NCBI RefSeq assembly: GCF_006345805.1
Contig: NC_043017.1
Span: forward strand, 4,960,001 to 5,024,000
Direction: 5' to 3'
Source of the DNA: Octopus sinensis
Taxonomy: Eukaryota
DNA: 64,000 nucleotides
In this document: positions 25,085 to 38,070 of the stretch, one piece after another
Layout of the letters: each line of letters begins with the position of its first letter
Numbering within the stretch: the stretch's first letter is position 1
Notes under the pieces: generated by a model
What the model saw: only the letters and a program-made list of their open reading frames with translations
The model's database searches: none
What the model was told of the DNA's origin: nothing
Program-made: the position numbers and the translations under genes

Positions 25085-25345
25085 TCATCATCATCATCAT
25101 CATCATCGTTTAATGTCCATTTTCCGCGCTAGCACGGGATGGACGGTTCGACTGGGGTCTGGGGAGCCAGGGGCTGCTCCAGGCTCCAGTCTGATCTGAC
25201 AGTGTTTCTACAGCTGGATGCCCTTCCTAACGCCAACCACCCCGCGAGTGTAGTGGGTGCTTTTTACGTGCCACCTGCACAGGTGCCAGAGGGGTCTGGC
25301 ATCGGCCATGATCGGTTGGTGTTTTTTATGTGCCACTGGCACAGA
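25085..25345 (-). mobile_element. RTE LINE 3' UTR/tail ending in (GAT)n
   Basis: Near reverse complement of 32998-33272. Confidence 0.85.
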
Positions 25346-25346
25346 A

Positions 25347-25382
<36 letters not shown>

Positions 25383-25402
25383 TATACTCAGCGCTCTCTC
25401 TT

Positions 25403-25438
<36 letters not shown>

Positions 25439-25836
25439 GGCTCAGGAGTGGCTGTGTGGTAAGTAGCTTGCTTACCAACCACATAGTTCTAGGTTCAGTC
25501 TCACTGCGTGGCACCTTGGGCAAGTGTATTCTATTATAGCCTTGGGCTGACCAAAGCCTTGTGAATGGATTTGGTAGACAGAAACAGAAAGAAGCCCATC
25601 GTTTATATGTATATATATATGTGTGTGTGTGCGTTTATGTGTCTGTGTTTGTCCCCCCAACATTGCTTGACAACCGATGTTGGTGTGTTTACGTCCCTGT
25701 AACTTAGCAGTTCGGCAAAAGAGACCGATAGAGTAAGTACTAGGCTTACAAAGAATAAGTCTTGGGGCCGATTTGCTCGACTAAAAGGCGGTACTCCAGC
25801 ATGGCCACAGTCACATGACTGAAAAGAGTAAAAGAG
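25439..25836 (+). mobile_element. SINE family A, full length
   Basis: Colinear with the other family A copies. Confidence 0.9.
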
Positions 25837-26452
25837 CATGTTTTGAAACACTGTTGATGGACAGCACCGTCTGAATGATTCAGTTGATTGTTTATCTTTT
25901 GTCTTTTTGCAATAAAACTGACCCTCCATGTATCACGAGCACGAGGGTTCCAGTTGATCCAATCAACAGGACACCCTACTCGTGAAATTAACATGAAAGT
26001 GGCTGAGTACTCCACAGACACAAATGTACCCTTAACGTGGCTCTGAGGGATATTCAGCATGACACAGAGTGTGATGAGGCTGGCCCCCTTTGAATTACAG
26101 GTATGATTCAGTTTTGCCAACTGAGTGGACAGGAGCGATGAAAAATGAAGTGTCTTGCTCAAGGACGCAGTCCATGACCTTATGATCGTAGGCCAAATAC
26201 CTTAATCATTAAGCCATGCACTTAAATTCGATAATCAAATATAAAAAGAGCAAAGGGAAATAATTCAAATAGGCCAATGCCAGGAACCTTGTTAATTAAA
26301 TTCAAAATTAATGTACTAAATGATGTCTGCAAAAAATTCTTAATTTATTGACACTCCCTCTTCTTCTGTCTGTCTGTCCGTCTGCAAGTCTGTCTGTTTG
26401 TCTCTTTCTTTTACTCTCTCTCTCTCTCTCCCTCTCTCTCTCTCTCTATATT

Positions 26453-26483
<31 letters not shown>

Positions 26484-26605
26484 TTGTGTACACATATAAC
26501 CATATATGTATGCATATTTGTATGCATATGTCTGTTTCTATGCACATGTATGTATGTATGTATATTCATGTATGCACACATGTCTATATATGTCTGTCTG
26601 TCATC

Positions 26606-26677
<72 letters not shown>

Positions 26678-27333
26678 TGTGTGTGTATTTGTGTATGCAT
26701 AAATATCTCTAGGCCTGTCTGTCTACACACATATATACATGTATGTATTATATATATATATGTGTGTGTGTCTGTGTGTGTGTACATGTCTTTGTATCTA
26801 GATATCTCTGTATCTATGTGTACACACTGAACACAAAGATAAAAGCCACCCCACCACTGCTTCACCAGAGACCACACACAGCGAGAAACAACCAGAATCA
26901 ATAAACTTGTTACCAGAAAATATAAAAGCAAGCTTTTACTGTACAACTTGTTGGTCGGTCATTTTGTTTTTCTCTCTTCTTCTTTAAAAACTCTCTCTCT
27001 CTCTCATTCTCTCTCTCTCTTGCCCGTTCTCTCTCTCTCTCGTTCTCTCGTTCTCTCTCTCTCTCCTCATTCATTCTCTCTCGTTCTCTCTCTCTCTCTT
27101 GTTCTCTCTCATTCACTCTCTCTCGTTCTCTCTCACTTGTTCTCTCTCTCTCTCTCGCTCGTTCTCTCTCTCTCTCTCACTCGTTCTCTCTCTCTCTCTC
27201 ACTCGTTCTCTCTCTCTCTCTCTCCCACTCGTTCTCTCTCTCTCTCGCTCGTTCTCTCTCTCTCCCTCCCTCGTTCTCTCTCTCTCATTCTCTCTCTCTC
27301 GTTCTCTCTCCCTCTCTCGTTCTCTCTCCCTCT

Positions 27334-27373
<40 letters not shown>

Positions 27374-27605
27374 TTGCCATGAAAATGTGTTGCTGATAAT
27401 CCCAGCTATTCATTTGTTGAATACAATAATACCCCCCCTGCTCACAAATGTGATGACATGCTCAGTGTGTGTGTGTGTGTGTGTGCGTGTGTGTGGGCGT
27501 GGGAGGTAGGTGAGTTGGGGTGGAGGGTGTCTCTATTGTATTAATTGTTTGGTAACTTTAATTACCTTTTGTTGTAAATAATTTATACCAGTGCAACTAA
27601 TACTA

Positions 27606-27649
<44 letters not shown>

Positions 27650-28096
27650 TAGTTAATGCTGTTTCATTGTAATTTAACAATTCATCTGTATTCACTGTAT
27701 TCTCTCTCTCTCCTCCCTTCTTGCTCTCCCCCACATCTTTCCCTCCCATCTCTCTTTCTCGACCAAATTGTCCATGAAAGTCATGAAAAAATTACTAAAA
27801 ACTTGTGACCAACACAACTCATTTACGTAATGATACATTAATTAATGACTTTACAATAATTACTACTTCAGTACCAATACCGTGTGGTTTATGAATAAAT
27901 GACATCCATCCATCCATCCATGCATTCACACAGCCATCTTTTCCGCCCACTACTTTTGGAAATGTTGTATGGGTAGAGCCCTCGACACCTCCTCCAAATA
28001 GTTCTATCAGAAATAACAGTCATTATGATTTTCTGGCTGGATTCCCAGGCATGACCAACTGGGACTCAGTATACATATCTTATTATCCAGCTATCT

Positions 28097-28512
28097 CATT
28101 TCTTTACTGCCCACAAGGGGCTACACACAGAGGGGACAAACAAGGACAGACTAACGGATTAAGTCGATTATATTGACCCCAGTGCGTAACTGGTACTTAT
28201 TTAATTGACCCCGAAAGAATGAAAGGCAAAGTCGACCTCGGTGGAATTTGAACTCAGAACGTAGCGGCAGACGAAATACCTATTTCTTTACTATCCACAA
28301 GGGGCTAAACACAGAGGGGACAAACAAGGACAGACAAATGGATTAAGTCGATTATATCAACCCCAGTGTGTAACTGGTCCTTAATTTATCGACCCCGAAA
28401 GGATGAAAGGCAAAGTCAACTTCGGCGAAATTTGAACTCAGAACGTAACGGCAGACGAAATACCACTAAGCATTTTGCCCAGCATGCTAACATTTCTGCC
28501 AGCTTGCCACCT
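28097..28512 (-). mobile_element. SINE family B dimer
   Basis: Junction acgaaatacc|tatttc at ~28271-28286. Confidence 0.9.
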
Positions 28513-28605
28513 TCTCATTCTTGGTCTACCTCTAGGTCTTCTGCTGGTTGACTCAGCTTGAAGAATCTGTCTTGGGATTCTTTCCTGCGAGATTCTAATC
28601 GCATG
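28510..28605 (-). mobile_element. RTE-like LINE ORF2 C-terminal fragment
   Basis: Minus strand reads YGHAIRISQERIPRQILQAESTSRRPRGRPRMR (WxGH..R...RGRP motif). Confidence 0.7.
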
Positions 28606-30054
28606 TCCATAGTGTTGGCATTCCGTCGCTTACAACGAACAGCCTGCTCGTGAAATTAACGTGTAAGTGGCTGAACACTTCACAGACATGATTACCCTTA
28701 ATGTAGTTCTCAGGGGAGGTTCAGCGTGACACAGAGTGTGACAAGGCTGGCCCCCTTTGAATTACAGGTACAAGAGAAACAGGAAGAAAGAGAGAGAAAG
28801 TTGTGGTGAAAGAGTACAGCAGGGTTTGGCACCATCCCCTGCTGGAGCCACATGGAGCTTTAGGTGTTTTTGCTCAATAAACACACAACACCCGGTCTGG
28901 GAATTGAAGCCGCGATCCTATGACCATGAGTCCGCTGCCTTAACCACTGACCCATTGCCCATCCACATAGTACCAGAGCTGTGACTACTCAACAATGCCA
29001 CATGTTTTGGTCTGTCCTGATTTTTGGATAAACGACGGCACTACACATATGCCTCAATAGGGCACAAACTAGTGCCATAGCCCCATTTTACTCATTTGAG
29101 TCCAAAGAGTGTCAGACAACCTTATTGTGCTGCATTAGGTGATGTTGTTTATTTTTACTTGTTTCAGTCATTAAACTGTGGCCATGCTGGAGCACCACCT
29201 TGAAGAGTTTGTAGTTGAACAAATCTACACGCAATACTTAGTTTTTTTTCTTCTTAAGCTTGGTATTTATTCTATCAGTCTCGTTTTGCCACAGTGCTAA
29301 ATTACAGGGATGTAAACACACCCACACTGGTTGTCAGGTGGTGCGGGGGACAATCACAGACACAAAGCCACACATAGGTATATGTATGTATGTATGTATG
29401 CATGCTTGTCGTACAGGTGCTAGTGTCACATAAAATGCACTTATGCGAAAGCTGCATAAATGCACCCGTGCCAATGGCATGTAGGAGGCACCCAGAACAC
29501 CCTGTAAAGTGGCTGGCATTTGGAAGGGCATCCAGCTGTAGAAATCATGCCACAACAGACGTTTGGGGTCTGGACATCTCCCTGACTGGCCAGCTCTATA
29601 TCAAACCATCCAACTCATACAGGTATGGAAAACAAATGTTAAATGATGAAGATGATGAGGTATATATGATGGGCTTCTTTCAGTTTCCTTCTACCAAATC
29701 TGTTCACAAAGTTTTGGACAGCCTAATGCCATAAAGAAAGACACTTGCTCTGGGTGTCATGCAGTGGGACTGAACCAGCAACTATGTGGTTGGAAAGTGA
29801 ACTTCTTAATCACACAGTCACACCTGTGCCTTGTGGATTCCACGGGTAACTTTTTCTGGTTTTGAGTTAGATAGATATTCCAACAAAAATTCCATAGTAA
29901 TTTATTTCACCTTTTCTGAAAGTCCTAACATCTATGATGTATTATTCCACCTATTCAGCTCATGAAATACAGAAGATTTATTCACAACATGAAATATCAG
30001 ATTTGTTCTTTTCTTTCCTTCATTCATTTTCTATCTCCAGAGAAACTACCTATA

Positions 30055-30430
30055 GAAATCGCATCAGGTGTTATTGAGTACGATAATTAAACATCTAAAT
30101 TCAGGGAAAGCTTCAGGTATTGTTGCCAAGATGCTGATTACTGCAGGTTAAGGTTGGGAGATGCACCAGCTCTTCACTTAATTAATGAAATTGTTCTGGG
30201 TATCAGGGAGAGGTGTTACCTGACATAGCGGCACCGTTAATGACTTATATACAGCAGTACCATTATATCTAGGTATGATAACATGAAAGGCATTGATGCA
30301 TGCTTGCACTCGCTTGGTGTTGAATGCATTCTGCTTTCTGCATTTCTAGTGATCTACATTGATTGGTATGGCAGCACCATTAACAACTGATAGAACGGCA
30401 CCATTAGTGACTGGCATAGCAGCACCGTTA
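30055..30430 (+). pseudogene. Decayed RTE reverse-transcriptase fragment with an internally reiterated segment
   Basis: IIKHLNSGKASGIVAKMLITAG, then repeated DW-x-(S/G)STI/V motifs (DWYGSTINN, DWHSSTVIY) and a KG.DA remnant. Confidence 0.55.
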
Positions 30431-30513
30431 TTTACAGGAGTGATTGCTAAACAATTACCCAGGGATGTTGTTGCCTGAAAACAGAATAGCCAAGTCACTG
30501 CTAACATATTTAA

Positions 30514-30687
30514 CCCTTTTGTTACCATATTTCTATTTAGTAAAATAACTTAGTTATCATTCAGCTAGAGTTAGGAACATAAATTGTGACTAAAGTTTGG
30601 TGGAAGATTTTAATTCAGAACATTTGAAAGCATGACATTTGTACTACAGAGCATGCGGTAGTTTCAGGTGGATTGGTATCAAAAGGG
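30514..30687. mobile_element. piggyBac-type MITE, internally deleted copy
   Basis: TTAA|CCCTTTTGTTACC ... GGTATCAAAAGGG|TAAA. Confidence 0.8.
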
Positions 30688-30718
30688 TAAAGAATTGTTT
30701 CTCTATTATATTTTTTAA

Positions 30719-30940
30719 CCCTTTTGTTGCCATATTTCTGTTGAGATACTCTGTGTTTCTTTCAATTAATTTTAAATATAACAAAGAATTTAGTAAAATA
30801 ACTTGGTTATCATTAAGCTAGTGTTAGGAGCATAAATTGTGACTAAGGTTTGGTGGAAGATTTTAATTCAGAACTTTTGGAAACAAGACATTTGTACTAC
30901 AGAGTTGGATGCAGTTTCATGTGGGTTGATATCAGAAGGG
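30719..30940. mobile_element. piggyBac-type MITE, 222 bp
   Basis: TTAA on both sides; CCCTT../..AAGGG termini. Confidence 0.85.
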
Positions 30941-32472
30941 TTAATATTCCATGCATCATCATTTTAATATTCACTTTTCACTGAGGTTGACTTTGCCTTT
31001 CATCCTTTTGGGGTTGATAAATTAAGTACCAGTTGTGTACTGTTGTCGATCTAATTGACTAGTCCCTTCCCCCAAAATTTCAGGCCTTGTGACTAGAGTA
31101 GAAAAGAATATTCACTTTTCTATGTTGGCATAGGTCAGACTGAGTTTATTAGGACTGATTTTTCTGTGGTTGGATGCCCTTCCTGTTGCTAACCCTCACT
31201 TGTTTCCAAGTAAGGTAATATCTCCCCATGGTCACACATGTTGTCACTGAATATTCCAAGTGAACAACACTGCTTGTATGACAGTGACAGCCAATACATA
31301 CATACGATGGGATTCTTTCAGTTTTTGTCTATCAAGTCCACTTACAAGGCTTTGGTCGGCCCAAGGCTATAGCAGAAGACATTTGCCCAAGGTGCCATGC
31401 AATGGAACTGAACCTGGAAACATGCGGTTGGGAAGCAAGCTTCTTACCACACAGCCAATTTATTACTGTCACATGATGTCAAGACAAGGAAACAAACATG
31501 CACATAGTCACCCCATGTATATATTCTTTTATTCTTTTACATGTTTCAGTCATGTGACTGCGACCATGCTGGGGCACCACCTTCAAGGGTTTTAGTTGAA
31601 CAAATCAACCCCAGGACTTTTTTTTTTAAGGCTTCGTACTTAGTCTATCAGTAACATTTGCTGAACTGTTAAGTTATCGGGATGTAAACAAACCAACAGC
31701 TGTTGTCAAGCTGTGACGAGGGGACAAACACAGACACAAAAGAAACACCCACAGAAATATATACACAGACGTTAAATGATGATGAAGATGGTGTGTGTGT
31801 GTGTGCCTGTGTCTCTGTCTTTGTGATTGTCCCTCTCCTCCTCTGCTGCCACTGCTTGAAAACTGGTGCTGGTTTGTTTACATCCCTGTAACTTAGTAGT
31901 TCAGTTCAGCATAAGAGACTGCTAGAATAAGACTTTAAAAAAAAAAATGAAAAAAATAAATAAATACTGGGTTTGATTTGTTTGACTAAACTCCTTCAAG
32001 GCAGTGCCCCAGTATGGCCACAGTTCAATGACTGAAAAAGGTAGAAGACAAAAGATTAAAACAATGATGATGATGATGATGATACATCCATCTTCCACAT
32101 TTTCTATACTGTATTACGTTTAACTGGCTGCTGTACTCTTTAACATATACTCCTCTCTGATTCAACATACTTATTCACCTCTACAAATACTCTAACTGCA
32201 AGAAAAAAAGCAAAAAAAAAGAAGAAAAAAAACAAAGGAAAAAGATAGTAATAACAATAACAAATAAAAAATAAAACATTGAGCTTTTTTGTTTTTATTC
32301 CATGAAGTTCGCATGTGTTTAAAACCCCCTAATATTTAATCCACCTTGATAATATCTGACCAGTAAAGTAGACAGTAGTGTTTGTTGAAACCAACCGAAC
32401 TGAGTTTTGTTGACATAATAATAAAATAATAATAATAATAATAATAATAAATAATAATGATAATAATAATAA

Positions 32473-32506
<34 letters not shown>

Positions 32507-32997
32507 GTAATTGTTAGTAGTACGAAACACAAAAAAAATCAAAAGAAAAAGACACACACACACACACATGTAGGCAGGAAGTCATGAATGAATCAACATC
32601 ACTAACACCATTAATATTATCAGTGATGGAGATCAATAATCTTTTGATGCTTTTCCTTTCTCTGCCGGAAAGCAAAAGAGGTCGGAGCCAATTGAGAGAA
32701 CTTGTGTGTTTGTTAGTCAGTAAGCCTGATCGATAAAGCTCCCTTGATCATCTCCCTTACTGAACTCTCTAATGTCTTTAAAATGCAGTCAGACTCAATG
32801 AATCACTGGGGAATTTCTCTGGAGTCCCTCGGTTTAATCATTGTATCAACAACAAACTTCTTGTCTAGCGTATGTGTGGCTGTGTGGTAAGAAGCTTGCT
32901 TCCCAACTGCATGGTTCCGGGTTCAGTCCCATTGCATGACACTTCAGGCAAGTGTCTTCTGCTATAGCCTCGGGCTGACCAATAATAATAATAATGA

Positions 32998-33272
32998 TGC
33001 TAGCGCCGCCTTGACTGGCTTCCGTGCTGGTGGCACGTTAAAAGCACCAACCGATCGTGGCCGCTGCCAGACTTCCCTGGCACCTGTGCTGGTGGCACGC
33101 AAAAAGCACCCACTACACTCGCAGAGTGGTTGGCGTTAGGAAGGGCATCCAGCTGTAGAAACACTGCTAGATCAGACTGGAGCCTGGTGCAGCCTCCTGG
33201 CTTCCCAGACCCCGGTCGAACCGTCCAACCCGTGCTAGTGCGGAAAACGGACGTTAAACGATGATGATGATG
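32998..33272 (+). mobile_element. RTE LINE 3' UTR/tail ending in (GAT)n
   Basis: GGCGTTAGGAAGGGCATCCAGCTGTAGAAAC...GGACGTTAAACGATGATGATGATG. Confidence 0.85.
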
Positions 33273-33284
33273 TTTCAAATTTTG

Positions 33285-34138
33285 TCACAATCTTTGGTGA
33301 GGGGATGAGTCAGTTACATTGACCCAGTGTTCAACTGGTACTTATTTTATTGACCCCCTCCCCACCAAGGATAAACGGACTTATGTGGAATATGAACTCA
33401 GAATGTAGCGATCAGTGAAATACCGCCGAGCATTTTGTACCGTGCACTAACGATTTTGCCAGGTTGCCACCTTAACAACAACAATTATTATTTCTTTATT
33501 GCCAACAAGAGGCTAAACACAGAGAGGACAAACAAGGACAGACAAAGGGATTAAGTCGATTATATCGACTCCAGTGCGTAACTGGTACTTATTTAATCGA
33601 CCCCGAAAGAATGAAAGGCAAAGTCGACCTTGGTGGAATTTGAACTCAGGACGTAGCAGCAGACGAAATACCTATTCTTTACTACCCACAAGGGGCTAAA
33701 ACAGAAAGGACAGACAAAGGATTAAGTCGATTATATTGACCTCAGTGCGTAACTGGTACTTATTTAATCGACCCTGAAAGGATGAAGGGTAAAGTTGACC
33801 TTGGCAAAGTTGATCTCGACGGAATTTGAACTCAGAACATAGCAGCAGACGAAATACTGCCAAGCATTTCACCAGGCGTGCTAACAATTCTGCCAGCTTG
33901 CTGCCTTATACTACAATAATAATAATCCTTTCTACTGAAGGTGCAAGGCCTGGAATTTTGGGGGAGGGGACAAGTCGATTACATCAACCCCAGTGTCTCA
34001 CTGGTACTTATTTCATTGACTCCAAAACAATAAAAGGGAAAGCCAATCTCAGAGCAATTTGAACTCAGAACCTAAGGACGAACGAAATGCCACTAAGCAT
34101 TTTGTCCGGCATGCTAATGGTTCTGCCAGCATGCCTCC
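33285..34138 (-). mobile_element. Cluster of SINE family B copies (monomer, dimer, monomer)
   Basis: Repeated core and heads; junction agacgaaata|cctattc at ~33661-33677. Confidence 0.85.
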
Positions 34139-34147
34139 ATCATCATC

Positions 34148-34206
<59 letters not shown>

Positions 34207-34207
<1 letters not shown>

Positions 34208-34514
34208 GGAATAGGAATGATCAAGAAGGGAACCGAAAATTATTTGAGAATGATCCCTGGCTTACCATCCCTGCAAGAAGTGCAAAAGATTGTCTTAACT
34301 GGTACATCACACGTATTGAGAAGAGCATTGTCGATGTGAGAACTATTACTACCCATGTATTTTAATTTAACTTTATTTCTATCAAAAAATGAATGAACTA
34401 GTGAGTTTAGTTCAATGGCCTACCAATGTATACAATGAGTTTCTTTGCCCTAGGAGTCGGGAAGACACTCGGCGAGAAATGGAAGCAAATTTGAAAGAAG
34501 AAGAAAAACCCATA
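34207..34514 (+). mobile_element. 5'-truncated Dong/R4-clade (RLE-type) LINE inserted in a (TAA)n tract
   Basis: Frame 34211-34339 reads IGMIKKGTENYLRMIPGLPSLQEVQKIVLTGTSHVLRRALSM*, like R4/Dong C-termini; (AAT)n flanks both sides. Confidence 0.75.
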
Positions 34515-34545
<31 letters not shown>

Positions 34546-35304
34546 GTATCTAGAATATATATTTATAGAATGTTATATTCAGGTCATCTCAACCTCAGTG
34601 TATATTCTTCATTTTACTGTAGTGCTCGTTATGCATCCATTCTTCTAATATTTCCTACTATAATTCATTCTAATTACAAATTCTTAACGAAGCAACTAAA
34701 TTATGTAACGTACAACTCCCCCACCTCCTTTATTTCAATGTTGTATTTTATCTCATTTTCTTGTATTTTCCTGGCTTCTATCTCTCTTACTTATTCTCTT
34801 TACTGTTATGTATATGTGTGTGTATATATGTGTGTGTGTGTATGTATGTATATATCAATGTGTGTATATGTATAGAAAAAAATGTATATATATGAATATA
34901 TGAGTGTGTGTGTGTGTGTGTATAATATATATATATATACATATATATATAAATATATATATATTATATAAATCTATATGTATATATAAATGTGTATGTG
35001 TGTATATATATATATTTATACATATATGTATGTGTGTGCGTATGTATATATATATATGTATAAATGTATACATACATATATGTAAATGTTTACATATGTA
35101 TGGGTGTGTAGGTATGTGTACACGCACACACATACATAAGTATACTCATACATGCATATACATATCTAAATGTGCACTGGTGGGTGTGTGGCTGTATATG
35201 CACATACACACCTGTGCATGTATAGATATGTGCAGTTGTGTGTAGCAGTATACAGACAGTATACAGACACACACACATGCCCCACACACACACACACACA
35301 CACA

Positions 35305-35343
<39 letters not shown>

Positions 35344-35514
35344 GGTCTGTTAATGAAGAAGCAAAATTTTAAAACCAAAACAAACTTACTGCGTTGCTAT
35401 GCAAGTTAATCCTTGTTGAATTCTTCAAAATAACTTCCTCCATTATTGATTCAAAGCTTCCTGGCATTTTGCTCCATCTTCAAGAGTGGTGAGGCAAAGT
35501 TCTAAGTCATTTAA

Positions 35515-35736
35515 CCCTTTTGGTACCAATCCACCTGAAACTGCCTCTCATTCTGTAGTAGAAATGTCTTGTTTCCAAAAGTTCTGAATTAAAATCTTTC
35601 ACCAAACCTTAGTCACAATTTATGCTCCCAACACTAGCTTAATGATAACTAAGTTATTTTACTAAATTCTTTGTCATATTTAAAATTAATTGAAAGAAAC
35701 ACAGAACATCTCAAAATAAATACGGTAACGAAAGGG
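35515..35736. mobile_element. piggyBac-type MITE, 222 bp, opposite orientation
   Basis: TTAA|CCCTTT ... AAAGGG|TTAA; partial copies at ~17055-17142 and ~47434-47522. Confidence 0.85.
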
Positions 35737-36809
35737 TTAATAATGCCTGAAATTGGCCACTGTTAAGGGTAGATTTCAAATTTTGAGAGGAGGATTTCTC
35801 GGCGAGTCTAGTTGTATTTTTGCTCAAAAGTTATGGACTAGGAGTAAAGGTGCCTGGCTTAGACGTTAGGGTATTTAGCTCATGATTGTAAAATTGTGAG
35901 TTCGATTCCTGACAGCATATTGTGTCCTTGAGTAAGACACTTTATTTTATGTTGCTTCAGTTCATTCAGCTGGCAAAGAAAGGAGTTGCATCTTTAATTC
36001 AAAGGGCGCCAGCCTTGTTACATTCTGTGTCATGCTGAACCTCCTTGAGAACTACCTCAACTGTGTGCATGCCTGTGGAGCACTCAGCCTATTACTTATG
36101 CTATCGGTCTCTTTTGCTGAACTGCTAAGTTATGGGGAGATGTAAACACAGCAACATTGGTTGTCAAGCGATGTTGAAGGACAAATACATATACACACAC
36201 ACATATATGCGACAGGCTTCTTTCAGTTTCCATCTACCAAATCCACTGACAAGGCTTTGGTTGGCCTGAGGCTATAGTAGAAGACACTTTCCCAAGGTGT
36301 CACGCAGTGGGACTGAACCCGGAACTGTGAGGTAGGGAAGCAAGCTTCTGGCCACACAGCCATGTTTGCACTTATGTTGTTTACAATTTTATTTATTATT
36401 TTTTTTTTTGTCCTTCAATAATTTCGAGGTCTTCTGTTATTATCTCGATGTTGTTAGTTTTGAAGTTCACCAATTTCGAAAAGAAAGAAAAAAAAAGAAT
36501 AAAGTGGTGGTGGGGTGGGGTGGGGTAAGAAAATGTAAGCACATCCTGTGTTATTTTTTTTGTTTTTCCAGTGTTACCATATGTCCATTTCCTGAAATTG
36601 AAAGACAATGAAAGTGTGTCAGTCATGTGACAGACAGGACAGAGCATTGCAGGAATGGTGGTGGTGGTGTGGGTGTAGGGGAAGAAGGAGCTTGGTGATG
36701 GCTGATGGTATGAGTTAATAGGGCACTAAAGTCGATCACCAAAAGATGGATTTCCTGTTTGGAACAAGTAAATACTACAAGCCCAGCTGTTGAACTATTA
36801 CGAGATTTG

Positions 36810-37440
36810 TCTGACAGTAGAGTACATCTCCTCTGTCTCACGTAGGCCTTTACAAAATCCATTTGACAGAAGAGTACATTTCTATCTCCTATGGACCATT
36901 TCAAAATCCTTTGACGGTGGAGTACATTCCTCCTATCTCACATGGACCTTTACAAAATCCATTTGACGGGGGAGTACATTTTTCCTATCTCCCATGGACC
37001 TTTACAAAATCCATTTGACGGTAGAGTACATTTCTCTTATCTCCTATGGACCATTAAAAAATCCATTTGACGGTGGAGTTCATTTCTCCTATCTCCCATG
37101 GACCTTTACAAAATCTATTTGATGGTAGAGTACATTTCTATCTCCTATGGACCTTTACAAAATCCATTTGACGGTGGAGTACACTTCTCCTATCTTACAT
37201 GGACCTTTACAAAATCCGTTTGATGGTGAAATACATTTTTCCTATCTCACATGGACCTTTACGAAATCCATTTGACGGTGGAGCACATTTCTCCTATCTT
37301 ACATGGATCTTTGCAAAATTTAACTGTGGAGTATAGGTCTTTTATCTCATATAGATCTTTATAAAGCTTCTTTGATGGTGGATTACTTCTCCAATCTCTT
37401 GAGGATCTTCACAAAACTTGACTGATGGTGGAGTAAATCT
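36810..37440. repeat. 52-bp minisatellite, ~12 copies
   Basis: atttgacgg at 36961, 37013 and 37065; copies decay toward the right. Confidence 0.95.
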
Positions 37441-37509
37441 GTCATTTTACATGGATACACCCATTTACTGAACATCACACTTGAAACAGGCAAAACATAT
37501 AATGAGGAT

Positions 37510-37746
37510 ACTAAAAATGAATCCAACCGCTCTCAAAAATTTAGTGAAAAAAACAGGAAGAGTAAATATCCTTGTCTGGTGCCAAATTGATCCCAAAATC
37601 TAATGAGTTTGTGCCAATCATGTGACCAAACATCTTTGAAAGTTTCATCCAAATCAATCGAACGGTTCTTGAGATATCATCTTGTCCATGGACAAACAAA
37701 CATGACTGAAAACAATACCTTTACCTCCGCTAAGGTGGAGGTAATA
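37510..37746. mobile_element. Helentron-associated (HINE/DINE-1-like) non-autonomous element fragment
   Basis: Terminal palindrome TTACCTCCGCTAAGGTGGAGGTAA next to ACAAACAAAC and AAAGTTTCATCCAAATC..AACGGTTCTTGAGATATC, typical of this class (recalled). Confidence 0.55.
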
Positions 37747-37884
37747 AAACAATAACGAACTTATTTTATACAGTGTTCAGGTGCACCACAACCCATTAGA
37801 TAAAGTAGCTAAAAGTGCATGAACAGCATATAGAATAATGCACAGGAAGGGAGCAGTGAATGAGTTGTTTTAAAAAAAAAGGTG

Positions 37885-38070
37885 TGGGTGTCAGGCGCAC
37901 TGTTTTTTGGGGGAGCATGGAAGTTCTGAAGGATGTAGGGTCCCAACAGCTGAGAACTGATGTGGGTAGTTTATTCCATGCTTCAGCAATTGTGAGCATG
38001 GAAAGGTGTTTCTGAGAGTCATGGGTGCAATGTTGGCTTTTTTGTTTTCTTGATTTTGTAAGCCTGCCCA
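37885..38070 (-). mobile_element. CR1-type LINE 3' fragment
   Basis: ORF reads HDSQKHLSMLTIAEAWNKLPTSVLSCWDPTSFRTSMLP, typical of a CR1 ORF2 end. Confidence 0.65.

Noticed and set aside
30346-30474. Minus-strand terminal exon ATTSLGNCLAITPVNNGAAMPV...
   Set aside because: Better explained as the antisense of reiterated RTE RT sequence, and no partner exons were found.
36810-37440. CRISPR-like appearance of the 52-bp and 24-bp arrays
   Set aside because: The units are contiguous with no unique spacers, there are no cas genes, and the context is eukaryotic intron.
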